64,000 nt of DNA from positions 27,847,116-27,911,115 of the forward strand of contig NC_068995.1 of the NCBI RefSeq assembly GCF_001194135.2. Direction: 5' to 3'. The position numbers and the translations under genes were made by a program. The notes beneath the pieces are model-generated. The model was given only the letters and a program-made list of their open reading frames with translations. It was not told where the DNA came from and searched no databases. Below, in pieces: positions 50,613-63,680 of this stretch. How positions within the stretch are numbered: the stretch's first letter is position 1; each line of letters begins with the position of its first letter. This stretch comes from Octopus bimaculoides (lineage: Eukaryota).

Positions 50613-51331
50613 TGATGTTGTCATAATGTGGGCCATATTGGTAATGAATAAATAGATAACTAACTGTTATGTAAAATATCTAAGTTTCTATTAACCATAA
50701 TATAGAATTCTTATCTTTATTTTTTATTCTTTAGTTATCGAGTGATGTCACCAATAGTTATATACAAAATAGCCTTTTATAGATTATATTTCAATATCCA
50801 CTGACATCACCAATGGTTGGATACAAAAACAACTTTTCTTAGATATGTTTATTTCTTATTTTTATAAAACATTTTTGTTATCCACTGACATCACCATTTG
50901 TTGAATGAAAGAATGTCTTAGGTTGAATTCAATTTAGGCGTTCTTTTTGTTAGCATTTATCAACTGGTAAATATTTCAGATGTTTAATTTGAATTTCACT
51001 AATCTTGGATAGCCTTGATAACATTGTGTCAACATATTTTTGAGGATATTAATTTTCATAATATTTGTGTGTGTGTGTCTGTGTGTTCATGCAATAGAAA
51101 CAATTGTTGGCTTTATAAGATAAGATCTATAATAAGGGTATAATTTTCTCTATACATATTTTCTGTCGTTAAATATTCTGAATTTCTTGAAATTCTGCAA
51201 AAGGATATTTGGATTTAGCTGTGACATGTATTCTACTTACATTTACTGCTGATGGTTGAACATTTATAAACAAATTCTTTTAATACTGAGTGCTTTATTG
51301 ATATCTGCCAGGGTTTTTTAATCCCATTATT

Positions 51332-51369
<38 letters not shown>

Positions 51370-53099
51370 TAAATTATGGGTGTTCAGCCATATTTATATA
51401 TATATATATATATATATCTTATGAGAAATTTAACATATTCTAGAATGATTGTAACTATGAGTAGCTTAATATAACATTCATAATATAATAATAATAATAT
51501 ATTGTTTTCAGTGTAAACTATGTCTACACTCAAACTTTCAAAAATAATAACATTTACTCTTGGAATATCAAAGTAGTGATGTTTTTTTTTTTTTTTTCCA
51601 TTTTACCATGTGCACTAGTCATGTAAATTCATATAATCTATGAAGGGAATCCAGCTTTTCCTAATATCAACCACCTTACAGAGTTTACTGGGTGCTTTTC
51701 ATGTGGCATGACAAAGACCCTGCCACTGAACTGGAGAGTTTTATTGGGGAAGTTGACTTTGTGCAGGTGATAATAAGATGAAACCTGGATAGGAACTGGT
51801 GTCTTTCTGTAGAGGATGTACATTTCTACTCCAGTTAGAAAGAGAGAGAGAAAGAAAACATGCCAGTAATATTCTCAAGGTGCAAGAAGTGAATGTAAAT
51901 GGAGTGGCACAAAAGATTGAACTAGGTGAGTGAGCAGAAAGTTGGCAAGAGTGCAAAAGGAGAGTAAGAATGAAGGCAAGAGAATGGGAGTTCAGTGATT
52001 GGTGAACAAGGGTTTGTAGGGAAGTGGCAGCACGGTACAGTTTGCAAGCAAGGGCAGGAAAGAGAGAAGATAAAGTAGCATTGGGCTGCAGGAGCAGGCT
52101 GAGGAGAAACAAGTATAGTGCAGGACGAGTTATAGTTTGGTTCATTAAGGAATGGGTGAATGAATGAATGTAACATGGGTATAGAATACCCAATGCACAG
52201 GACTTTCAGAACTCAGTTTCTTTGAGTTGCATAGGTCTTCTCAAGAGTTTCAAATTTTGGCACAAGACCAGTAATTTCGGAGATGGGGCTAAGTTGATTA
52301 CTCCAGTACTCAACTGGTACTTATTTTATCGACCTCAAATGGATGAAAGGTAAAGTCAGCCTCAGTGGAATTTGAACTCAGAGGATAAAGATGGAGCAAA
52401 TGATCCAAGAACTTCATATTGCCAGGCATCTTAGTCCATTGTCACCTCTATTGGGCTCAACAGCTTCAGATTGGCTGTTACTGCTTCATCTCAGGTCATT
52501 CTGGGTCTCCTGCTTCTGCATCCCATGTCTCCTGTTGCTGGCTACAAATATAATTGTTACCATTACTTGTATAATTGTTACCATTACCTTACCACCAACT
52601 ACAACTAGGACTTGTACTACAAATGCCATAAATGTCTACTGTCATGACAGTATCACCAACAACAACAATACGAATGTAGACGTCTTTGTCACCTTGCTGT
52701 CAACCTACAGCAAGCCATCCACCACCACCTATATCATGACCTCTTTGGCTAATAACACCATTTTTGTGGGAACAACTGTGGTTATTACACTCACTGGACA
52801 AAATGGGGTCATTGCCCATTCAGCAATATAAAGGCAGGGTCTACATAAATGCACATCTCTAAACTGTATTCTTCTGATGATGATTATGATGATGGGCTTC
52901 TGTGCCTGAAATGTAAAGGTTTTTCAACTTCCCTCTTTGAATTGTTAGAAGCTCTCCCCTTTTCCTTTTGGTTTGTTCATCTTTGTTATAAACCACCCTT
53001 TGACCAGCATTATGTTGTCATCAGACATAGCAACTGCCAGTTAATGAAGCACATGTTGAATAAATCTAAAAAATTATCTTCAGACTTTTTCTATTTGCT

Positions 53100-53130
<31 letters not shown>

Positions 53131-53176
53131 TGTTTGCATATACTTGTGTGTGTATTAACATGAGCATATGTAGATA

Positions 53177-53213
<37 letters not shown>

Positions 53214-53238
53214 GTATATGTATAAAATTTATTTTTAG

Positions 53239-53382
53239 AAAGCCCTTTGATGAACCAGCAGTCTTGGCTTTTGAAAGCTATGGCTCTAGAATTGCGCCTG
53301 ACATCCATGAATAGACATCGCTCCCACACTCAGCGCTTAATGAAATTACTGCTTGAAGATGTTGATGTTGATCACATTTCAG
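53239..53382 (+). CDS. NUP205: NUP205 exon, phase 1-1 (last clear exon in window)
   Basis: atttttag| ... |gtaagt, after a 19.6-kb intron. Encodes (K)SPLMNQQSWLLKAMALELRLTSMNRHRSHTQRLMKLLLEDVDVDHIS(G) (compare MLNQMSWLMKTASIELRVTSLNRQRSHTQRLL). Confidence 0.93.
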
Positions 53383-53574
53383 GTAAGTTCTTTGAATCAT
53401 TTAATCATTATCTTGTAAAATGTACAATAGTACTAGGTAATTTATAACATATGCACTAGTGCAGACATTGTAAAACAATTCATTATACACTAAAATTAAT
53501 TATTTCTCAATGATGTTGGTTACAATACGATTGTCATCTTATGAAATGAATGCATTCATCTCATGCCTCCTGAC

Positions 53575-55368
53575 TCTCTTTATTCTATAATATAAATTGA
53601 AGTTGGCCGACCGTTGTATTCTTTCTTGTCTTGAGGTTCACGACCAAACGGCTGGGTGGATTCGCGTGAAAAATGGCACACATGTGGAGACGGGTGCATA
53701 GATTGGAACACGCTTTCTATTTTTTCCTAGCCCCCATACTTACAGAGAACATCGATTAAAACAACCTGCGTGCGTGCATGTATGTGAGTGTGTGTCACTG
53801 AAGCCATTCATACATATATACATATAATAAATAAATAAACTGAATGATAAATTTCAGTTATCTTTCTCTCTTTCTTTCTCTCTCTTTCTTTCTTTCTCTC
53901 TCTCTCTCTCATATACACATACACCATCAACATTACTCTCTCTGTCGAGCACACCCTATCAAACATACACACACTCACACAGATTAAATTGGATACGTCT
54001 GCTATTAATTCTTACATACAATTTCCCCGTTAATTCTTACAGCTTCATTTTCTGTTAAAGCAATTCTTAATGTCAACTTCTTAACATAATACGCAGAATT
54101 CTCGCATTAATACAGTAGGGTGTTTTGAGGGAGATTTGGCTGCTATTTCTACCAGATCTACCTACTATGTAGACGTCTGAACTTATTTTTCATTCACAGA
54201 TTTGCATTTCAAACATTTAACATTATCTTTTCCATAAATCAACTATCGTAAAAATTTTCTACCATGACCTCACATGCAATTACCCTTTCTTCTGCCATTA
54301 GCACCTTACAGTTTCTCATTCAAACTACATAATACGTAGAATTGTAGCATTAATACAATAGGGGTGTTTTGAGGGAGATTTGCCTGCTATTTCTACCAGG
54401 TCTACCTACCATGTAGAGGTCTGAACTTCTTTTCCATTTACAGATTTGCATTTCAAACATTTAACATAATCTTTTCCATACATCAACTATCGTAAAAATT
54501 TTCTACCATGAACTCACATTTTCTATGTATGTGTGAGTACCTTAAAATGCGTGATTACACAGGTTCAATAAAATACTTCTCAGAAACAGACTACCCAGAA
54601 ATTTTTTCTTCAAAACTCCTGAAGCTGTTTCCTGCGAAGATATTTTGGAAACACTTCCGCCCTCCCCAACTACTTTTTCTCCCACATTTCATTATTTCTA
54701 AAATTTCTTTTGCCAAAAATCCCCGTTTTCGGATTCGAATGACTTATTCCATAATTCTTCACTTTCTTTAAATTGGATACATCTGCTATTAAGTTGAGGA
54801 ACTTTGGCAATACAGTTACAATTCATTTCTGCTTTACTTCTTACATACAATTTCCCCGTAAATTCTTCCCATTTGGCTGCTATTTCTACAAGGTCTACTT
54901 ACCATGGACAGGTCTGAAGTTAATTTTCATTCACAGATTTGCATTTTAAACATTTACCCTCTTTCTCTCTCTCACACACACACACACACACATACACGCA
55001 TGTCCATTTCATATATCTTTCAATTTCTGCTCTATGCAAACAAAATTTTCACGGATAAAACTGCTTACAAAAATTGCGATTAATGTATAATTTCTTTCTA
55101 TGTTCATAATTAAATAGATCTTTTAATGATTAGACAGACGTCCAATAGAATAGCTCTCACAAACAGACTACGTACAAATTCTTTCTTCACAACTCCTGAA
55201 GCCATTTTCTGACAGGAGGGGGTGAAATTTTCATACAGCTGGAGGCTCCAATCGAAACAGGATACGAAATGATCAGGTTGAGAAACACTGTTATAGATTA
55301 TGCCTAACCGAAAACAATCACAGTCACATCATCCAAACAGACCGGGTGAAACCGGGTTTAGCTGCTAG
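53575..55368 (+). mobile_element. Non-autonomous Helitron with internal tandem repeats
   Basis: 5' TC..ctataatataaattgaagttg start; 3' ccgg-gtgaaa-ccgg hairpin followed by CTAG|T at 55365-55369; internal repeats of about 245 bp. Confidence 0.7.
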
Positions 55369-55372
55369 TATA

Positions 55373-55404
<32 letters not shown>

Positions 55405-55419
55405 ATATACACACAGGCA

Positions 55420-55580
55420 CACACAACATGCTTCTTTCAGTTTCAGTCTGTGAAATCCACTCACAAGGCTTTGGTCAGCCCAGGTCTATAGTAGAAGACA
55501 CTTGCCCATAGTGCCATGCAGTGGGACTGAACTTGGAACCATATGTAGTTGGGAAGCAAACTTCTTACTACAGTCATTCC
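55420..55580 (-). mobile_element. tRNA-derived SINE head
   Basis: Reverse complement of the SINE head at 21523 and 46465. Confidence 0.85.
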
Positions 55581-56240
55581 CACACTCATATATTGTTGAA
55601 TATTTCTTCTCTATGAGTATTAACTTTGGAGCTGATGGTTTCTGTACATGTGTGCATTATTATTGACTTTGACAACTGAATGCATTTTACTTTCCATATG
55701 TAAAAAGCAAGTGTCTCTCAAATCATACCACTCTTTTTTTACAAAAAAATAAAATGAAAAAGCTCACTAGATAATAAAGTCATTGATAATACAATGCCTG
55801 AAAAAAACCATAAGACATGTTGGTCAAACCTGGAATACTTTAGATCATAAATCTTCTCAATAAAGGCTGATTTGGAGGTAGCAACAACTTCAAAATAGTT
55901 ACAACTTATCATCTCTCAAAATAACAACCCTTCCTCTGATTTCACATTAATGAATGTCTCAACAATCCTTGCTAACCAATTTGAAAAGTGAATTAGATTT
56001 TATTTCTCATCACACTTTCTCTTGTACATTGGGACTTTTTTTAGCTATCACCTCAAACAATTCACGCAGCTGATACACCTCTTCACCCCTCATGACTACA
56101 CATTTGTAGCATAACCAAAACAATACCCCAAAAGCCAAATTCTCTACAAAGTTTGTGAATAAAACTTTTATAAAAACAGTGTTATCAACAAAGACTGACT
56201 TTAGCTGTGTCTGTCACTAAAAATGGTTGGTAAAATTATC

Positions 56241-59200
56241 TGTGAATGGACTTCGTTTTAAATGAGTCTGACAACTCATTGCTTTCACCAACACTTTATT
56301 TACGTAGATTGAAACAATGACAAACAGGATCTTCAGTATATTTGAACTGTGAAGGAAAAGATGATGGATAATGAAACAAATGGCTAATTGAGTGTAATGT
56401 AATAAATGATTATATATGTGTTTAGTTATAATCCTCTATGGCCTCCCAAAGTCTTTGGAGGGAAGCAAAGAAGACTGATAATATGTAGTAAATGGTTTAA
56501 GAAAATAGGATAATTAATGTGAAAGACAGTTAATTAATGTTGATGGTGTTACAATCAAGAGGCAATGTGTCAGCTGTGCGTCAGGCTTTGCCAGTTGGGC
56601 GGAGCTATGAATGGGGTGATTGACAGAAGGGGGATCAGTTGCATCAAACAAGGGCCACTCTTGGAGGCCAGGAGTATTATGTGGTCATAAGGCTTGAAGG
56701 GCTCTTATGGTACAACCATTGGTGGCACAGCCTGAGGTAGGTAAGGCAGTAAATGCGGGGAAGTTGGCATGGTTCTTGGGGTAGGTGGTGGAGATGGGTT
56801 CCTAGTTGTGGTGGTCTTCGTGTTGGGAAGTAGGCATGTTAGGTAGGCCTGAGGCATCGGTATTGTAGCTGAGCTACATGAGGAGCTGTTAAAGTGGGTT
56901 CAGAAGGTAGTCTCATTGTTGGTGTTGGCACCAGGAACGCAGGTGGTCCAAGGTCCATGAGTAGTGGTGCACAGAAAACAACCGGCAGATACTTCCGGAG
57001 GAATTTTCTGTTGCGCAGCATGACTCGGCCTGAACCATACTGATCGAACTGGTGTACCTCTATGATGACACCAGTTTTGCCCCATTTGGGTCCAACTTGA
57101 TTTTGGATTTGGACAGTCAATGACAGTCAGTGATAGAAGTGGGCGTGTGTGTTCTGACAACTGTTCAGTGGCATGTGGCAGTTATGCAGGACTTCTTCGG
57201 GAGAAGTCCTAGTCTCACGCAATGTGGAGTGTGGCTGGTATTTGCCAGAATGGATGGGAATAAAGTCTTGTATTGGATGGCCAAAGATGCACATGGCTGC
57301 GGACAAGTGTGTATCCCAGTCTGGTGCATTTCTGTATTGTAGCATTGCATGCTGGAAACTGTCAGTATTGAGGGAGCCATTGGCATCAGTGTTGTCTGTA
57401 ATGAGGTGCTTTATTGTCTTGACACCAACTTTGGCGTGACAGTTGCAATGAGGGAAATGCAACGGAGGGGATCCTGTGGTGAACTCCCCAGTTATGGGGG
57501 AAGGTGACCATTTGGTGAGAGATAAACTCTGGTCCTCCATCCAATATCAGTTCATCACTGACATCATATGTCACAAAGATGAGGTGTTGGGTGGCGATAA
57601 GTCCTGCTGTGCCATCGATGCTTTCTCCATGATGTGCCAGTTACTGTATCTGTCCACAGCCACGAGGTAGTGGTGACCCCAGTACTGGAAGTAATTAGCA
57701 ACCAGGCTTTGGGTAGGTAAGGTTTGTTGGAGGCGTGAGAGGAGTGCTTGGCTGTGAGGGTGCCATTTGGTTGCAGACTGAGCAGTGTTCCCGCATCTCA
57801 ATGATGGCTGGGGTCACACTGGCTAGAAGAAGGATGTCTCTTCTCTGGAACACATTAGTGTCACACTTTGATGCACTGAGTGTAATGCCTGGAGGACCTG
57901 CATGTGAAGGGAGGTAGGTACGACAACCCTGTCATGATACAGGATAATTCCATCGAAGCTAGTGAGTTCATCACGAAACTAGTAGTACTGCCGCAGCTCT
58001 GGCAGGACTTTGGAATGGTCTTCTAGGAAGTTGTCCTCAATTGCATCCATGAGTTTGGTCATGCTTGGGTTGCTAGTAGTAGTAGTGTGGACTATGTCCC
58101 ATGTTACAGATTGGACAGTCTCAGTAACCGGTGAAATGTAGTCGTTGTGAGAGCATGTTGCAGTGTTGTCATCTCCTGTAGAGCAGATGGTTGCTAGGAA
58201 AGACTGTGGCTGAGCAGCTCAGTTGGATGGGTCATGGCAGCAACATCGTCTGGGAGGTCTGGTAGTGTGGGCTATCCGACATGGTAGCGTGACACAGTGT
58301 CCGCTGTTGCATGCCGAGCACCTGGTACATGAACAATGCTGAAGTTATGCCATAGGGTTTTTTCTTTCAGGTTGCACAATCAAGGGTTAAGGATGTTGTC
58401 CAGGCAGCAATCACCAAATACTTTCAAGAGAAGTTTGTGATCAACTGTGACAATGAGATTGGTGCAGCCAAGGGTGAAGTGGTGTGCTTTGTCCAACGCA
58501 TCAATAACTGCCAGTGCTTTCCCCTCCACTGGTGCATAATGAGATTCTGCCACTCAAATAGTGATTTTCCAGCCAGATTTGCAGCAAAAGGGGCAGAAGG
58601 GCATACGCAATGTTTTTGGAACCGCCAGAAGCGAATGCCATCTTTGCTCCAGTCAGTGGCAAGATAAATCGGCTTGGTTTTGTCAAAGATCTGCACACCT
58701 CTTTGGCTTTCATTGATGATGATTGATTTGGATTCCTCAAAGAGCCAATTCAGCTGGTCTGTCCATACAAACCGGGAGACTGGCTTGAGGAGTTCCTGGA
58801 ATGGTAACATTCATTAGGCAGAAGCGAAGGCAGAGGAGACTTGGTTGATCAAACTGAACCAGCTGTGGATGTTGATGTTTTTAAGGGTGGGAAAGTCACA
58901 GATTACCTTGAGATATTGGGTCACACTGTGACACAAATTCACACAAATTCAATGGTAGTTTGGGCAAAGTCGAACTTAGTGGGATTCGGAATGATGCTGT
59001 TGGAACTCAGATGTCGAGCCATTGGACTGCCTGAAAGAATGCTTCCTCAATGGTGTTTGAGCATATCAAGATGTTGTCGATACAATTTGTTTTCTGGGGA
59101 ATGCTTGAGACAGTCAGCTGTAGCTGTCCTCTGAAACATTGTATCCCTGTAGTGAAATGCAATAGCAGAAGCAGCCCCAGGAAGTGATGAAGGTGGTTAG

Positions 59201-61482
59201 ATGGCGTTCCCTTTCATTGAGGGCAATACTGTAGTAGCCATTCCAAGCATCAAAGGAAGTTTTTCGGGTGTTGGGTGGTACGAAGCAGACCTGGTGGAAT
59301 GGGGATTGGGTGTGATGTGTCTCATGAACTGTGTGTCGGTTGAGGGGCTGAAGATCAACAGTCTGTCAAGGTTTTCCAGACTTCTTGCGGTATACCACCA
59401 CTCTGTGGCACCAGGTGACAGGTGTACCAATGGTGACAAGGTCAGTAACTCCAAGCTGAACGTTGTGGTCGAAACCTGCTTTCACTTCCTCTTGCCAACG
59501 AACTTGGACTGGTATGGGTATATGGTGGGCGATTGGTTTAGTATTGGGGTCCACCATTAAGCAGATCGGTGGCCCAGACATCTTGGAGAGTTACTGATAT
59601 TCGCAGACATTGAATGTGTTGGAGCTGTAGTATTCTAGCAGCGACTTCTCCAGGTGATCATGGTTCTCTTCAGTGGCTGGGAATGATAGTGAAGTGGGAG
59701 GAGGAGGGTGTTTGTTGTAGAGGGCAGCCACATACATTCTAAGTCATTGTTGCAGGAGATGTTTCCAGTGGGGCGCCAACATTCCTACAGCTTTCTCCAA
59801 TCATGGGGAAGTGGGGGGGGGGGGATCATCCCAAGGGTGACACAGTTTTGCTTGGAGAGGAAAAGTTTATCATTTGAAGGGGTGATGTAGACAATTTGAT
59901 GGGTTGTGCACTTTGCAGAGGATGAGGTGGTCACTGATATGCATAGGGTCAGGGCACTGATTATATTTATGGGGTTGCTGTTAGTGGCAGTCATTTTCAT
60001 GTTGACTGGTATAAAATGGCACTGGTCCAGCCTCAGTTTGGATAGGAGGCTTGTCCCAGCCAGGCATGACTGGCATCCAGTGTCTGCCATAGCTTTGTGA
60101 TGGATAACTGCAGTCTGTCATGAAAAAGAAGTGGGGGAAGCCCAATGCCTTCATGTCAGCTGGGTTGGTTTCAATGAAGGTATGGGGATCAGAAGAGCAT
60201 TTCACCCAGGCATCACAGAGTTCATTATACACATGGTTGTCAAGACTTATTGCTTGTGTAGAGGATTCATCAGGGAGGTTGACCACAAGGCATAGGCTGT
60301 TGAATATTGTAGATGTGTAGTCTTCCGTGCAGTTGCATTGGTTTGAGCCTGTCACTGGGGACGGTGTTGTCGGCAGCAGACACTCTCATAGTAGTGCAGG
60401 ATGCCACACATAGCGCACTTGTGGTTGTATGAAGGGTATTTCCTCGTATTCCTGTAAATGACATCTGTGGCTGTGCTTTCCGCAGTGGCTGCAGGGGGTA
60501 GGAGCAGGTGTATCACAGGGTTCACTGGATTTGACCGGGTGATGCCACTCCTGGCATCTCTATGAGCTAGAGGTAATGGTGGTTCAGGTGATGCTGTGGC
60601 CCATGAGCCTGCTGGCTGAGCATTTTCCACTTTCTTTTGCTTTGGCATACCTCAGGGCTTCTTCCAGGGACACCCAGGATGTCAAGGCATATCTTCTCAT
60701 CCTCTAACTTGTATATGGAAGCATTGCAGACTATGACGCCTCTGCAATCATTTGTGGCATGGTAGGCATCCAAGAGACATTCCACCTTGAAGTTGCTGAC
60801 ACCTGTCTGCCCTCAAAGATGCACAGCAAAGGCCCTGATGGGTTCATCCTGCTCCTGGCACATCTGTTGTAGCTGCATGTGAGCGACCATGACATTTTCT
60901 TGGCAGACAGCCTGAAATTTAATGTGACTGAGGATTGTTTGCTTATCATTCAAGGCCACTGTGTCGAATTTCCATGTGAGATCTTTTCTGAAGGTCTCAT
61001 CACAACATTCAAGAAGCTGGAAGATGACATCATTACCCATAAGATGAGTGGCTTGTTTGTAGTCTGACCATCTCTGCTCAAAGTAAACCCACTCCTCACT
61101 AGTTCCAGTTGCAGTGATGACGGGGGAGGCAGACCTTCTCAGGTGAGACTTTCATGCACAACTGTCTGTTGGGCAATGTCACTATGAAGATCGATGAGGT
61201 GGGTCAGTACCTTCACCAGAGTGTTCACAGGCCAACTCTTGGCACAATTGGGTGTGGGACAGGGTATGTTGGCCATGTTGACTAGCTTTTTGTCATAAAG
61301 ATGTCTGAGCACCCTCTGCTTTCACCAACACTTTATTTACATAGAGTGAAGCAATGACAAAAATAGTCTTCAGTATACCTGAAATGTGAAGGAAAAGATG
61401 ATAGAGAATGAAACGAATAATGTATGGTGAATCGAATGATAATAAATGATAATATATGTGTGTTTAGTTATAATCCTCAACA
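56241..61482 (-). mobile_element. Ty3/Gypsy LTR retrotransposon, near full length, pseudogenised (LTRs at about 56241-56440 and 61276-61482)
   Basis: Diverged direct LTRs; the right one is bounded by TGTTGA..TCAACA. Order is gag (EEWVYFEQRW), protease (ADTGCQS), RT (PVTWCHRVV, DAWNGY), RNase H (TDWSK) and integrase (VAVDRYSNW, DGGPEF). Confidence 0.93.
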
Positions 61483-62499
61483 CTTGTCTCTTTTTTAAAA
61501 GTTTTTTGTCAGACATCTCTGTTCCAAAATTAACTCAAACGAAAAAATGGCATGAATTTAGATAATTTGGGTTATTGGTGTATTGAATAAAAACACTTCC
61601 TTAAGAAGTTTATGTATCACAGAAACATATCTATAGTTCACACTTGCTAGCAAAGATTTCCCATTAAGAATGAAAATCTCATTTCCTCTCCTTATTAAAA
61701 TGTAGTAAATTGCTCTATTCAATCCATCACTCTCATCAAAACATTATCTACTGTGTATTGACAACTTTCTTGCTATCGTTTTTAACTATACCCTTAAAGA
61801 AATGGTACAACTCTTTGCTCCACAATAATTTGTCCATATATGTGTTATTTACATTCTTAAATGAATCTTGATTTCCATCTACTGATATTTTAAAAACATT
61901 TACATACTAACACTAATTTTTCTTTTCATGAATACATACAAATAAAACCTTCAAACTTGCTACAAATCCTGACCCTTACTATTTTAGATAATTTTTCATG
62001 TTATGTCGCAATTCATGCATGACCTGAGGATTAAAATGGGAATTCTATTTGAGAGGCAATCTTTTTCCCTTCTTTGTGTTCATGGTGCACACATTTTGCA
62101 TGCCAAGTTCTTTTTAAAAGTGTTACATTTTTGCTGTATTTTCTGTGTATATGTTTTCTCTGTATACCCCTATAGCTATTATTATTCAGATTCAATGATC
62201 ATTTACAAATAATTTACAATTTTGTATTTCAAATAGCTTTTGGCTATTTTTATCCTTATTGTTTTTCTTTGAGAAGTAAGAAAAACCTTCTGTTTTCCTT
62301 GCTCTTTAAGTGGCTTTTTGTCAAGCAATATTCTTAATACAGTTTTATCTATGATTCTTAGTGACACAGGCTTATGGAGCAGAAGAAAATGATTATAGCA
62401 CTTATGGAGGAAAAGAAGCTTCCATATCACAGTATCCAACAATTCCTTCAAGCTGTTTCATGACTGGTTTGTATCTGTTTTTCTTTGCTGACCTTTTTT

Positions 62500-63680
62500 C
62501 ATGATGGTGATAATGTTGACAACAACAATTGACATCAAACATCCATCTTCCATGCTGGTGTAGGTCAGAAGCTTTCTGGCAAGTCTTGGGCTGTGCCAAG
62601 CTCCAGCGCCAGGTTTGGCATGTTTTCTATGATAGGACACCGTTTCTAATGCCAATTACCTTATAGTTTGTACAGGGTGCTTTTTTTCATGCGCTAGCAC
62701 TAATGAGGTTGCCAAGTAATTTGCAAGACAGAAAAAGCCCTAAAGAAGGTACGAAGCCCTCAGAGAGTGGAGTATTAGGGAGGGTGAGTTGTAGTAACTG
62801 GGGAAAAGATGAAGATGGTAGTGAGCAAACTTAAAATACAAGAAGAGGATACAGTCAGTGAATCAGGTGAGAAATGGAGGTAGAGGTGAATGTATTGGGT
62901 GATGAGCAAGGGCGGAGGCCATTTGATGGGAAATATCAATATGGAGAGAGCTAAGTTGAGAGAGAAATCTGTAGCTTTAGAAGGAAAATAGGTCTGAAGG
63001 TAAATGAGTGGGAGCAATGGAGAGGGAGGTGTGGAATTATATATGGGTGTCTGATGTGAGTGAGGCATGATGATAGATATGGGAAGATATTGAAAATGAG
63101 AGAAGTTATGAGGAGTATGGCAGAGGAGAGTGATATGTGAAGGCAAGGAAGAAGGTGACTGGTGAGAGTAGTGTGGGAAGGGAAGGGAGGATAATGAGAA
63201 TAAGATAGAAGGTTAGTGGTAGTGCAGAGGATGATGAAGAATAATATAAGCTGAGTCTGCTCTCAAGTGATTTTAGCTGCTGAATATTGCCAAGTGATTT
63301 TAGCTGCTGAGGACTGATGGAGAGCTTGGTGTCAGGGGAATGAGGTGGGGTGGTAGGATGTTTGATGGGTTGCAAGTTTTCACAGAATGTATTTAGGATG
63401 TCATTTTTGCTGTGATATATGAGTTTTCTTGAGCAGATTTCCAATTATCTTGATCCTTTGTTATTTCCACTGTGAGGCTCAGCATCATGTTGCCGCAACC
63501 CATGCCTTCCTGGGTCTCCCTTTTCCACAAGTTTCATCCACTTAAAACAACCAGCATTTTTTTACACAGCTGTACTCATCCAATGCATTACATGACCAAA
63601 CATTTGCATCACAGAACTCCAGTACCCTTGTACGCTATCCAATTCAAGCTCATGCAATATGTGTTGAATGAATTGAAAAC
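62500..63680 (-). mobile_element. Internally deleted or chimeric RTE derivative
   Basis: The minus strand has an LEFCDAN-like EN scrap, a FGHV..GTCGKGRPRKAW C-terminus, a pyrimidine-rich stretch and the RTE 3' tail (accagcatggaagatggatg). Confidence 0.6.

Noticed and set aside
51840-52200. Purine-rich stretch with long minus-strand ORFs (also 5960-6130 and 62780-63440)
   Set aside because: Low-complexity, with no recognisable domain. It is probably decayed LINE sequence, but I cannot assign a family.
52391-52831. 146-aa Thr-rich ORF
   Set aside because: It begins in a SINE and runs through ACT/ACC low-complexity sequence, with no splice or homology support.
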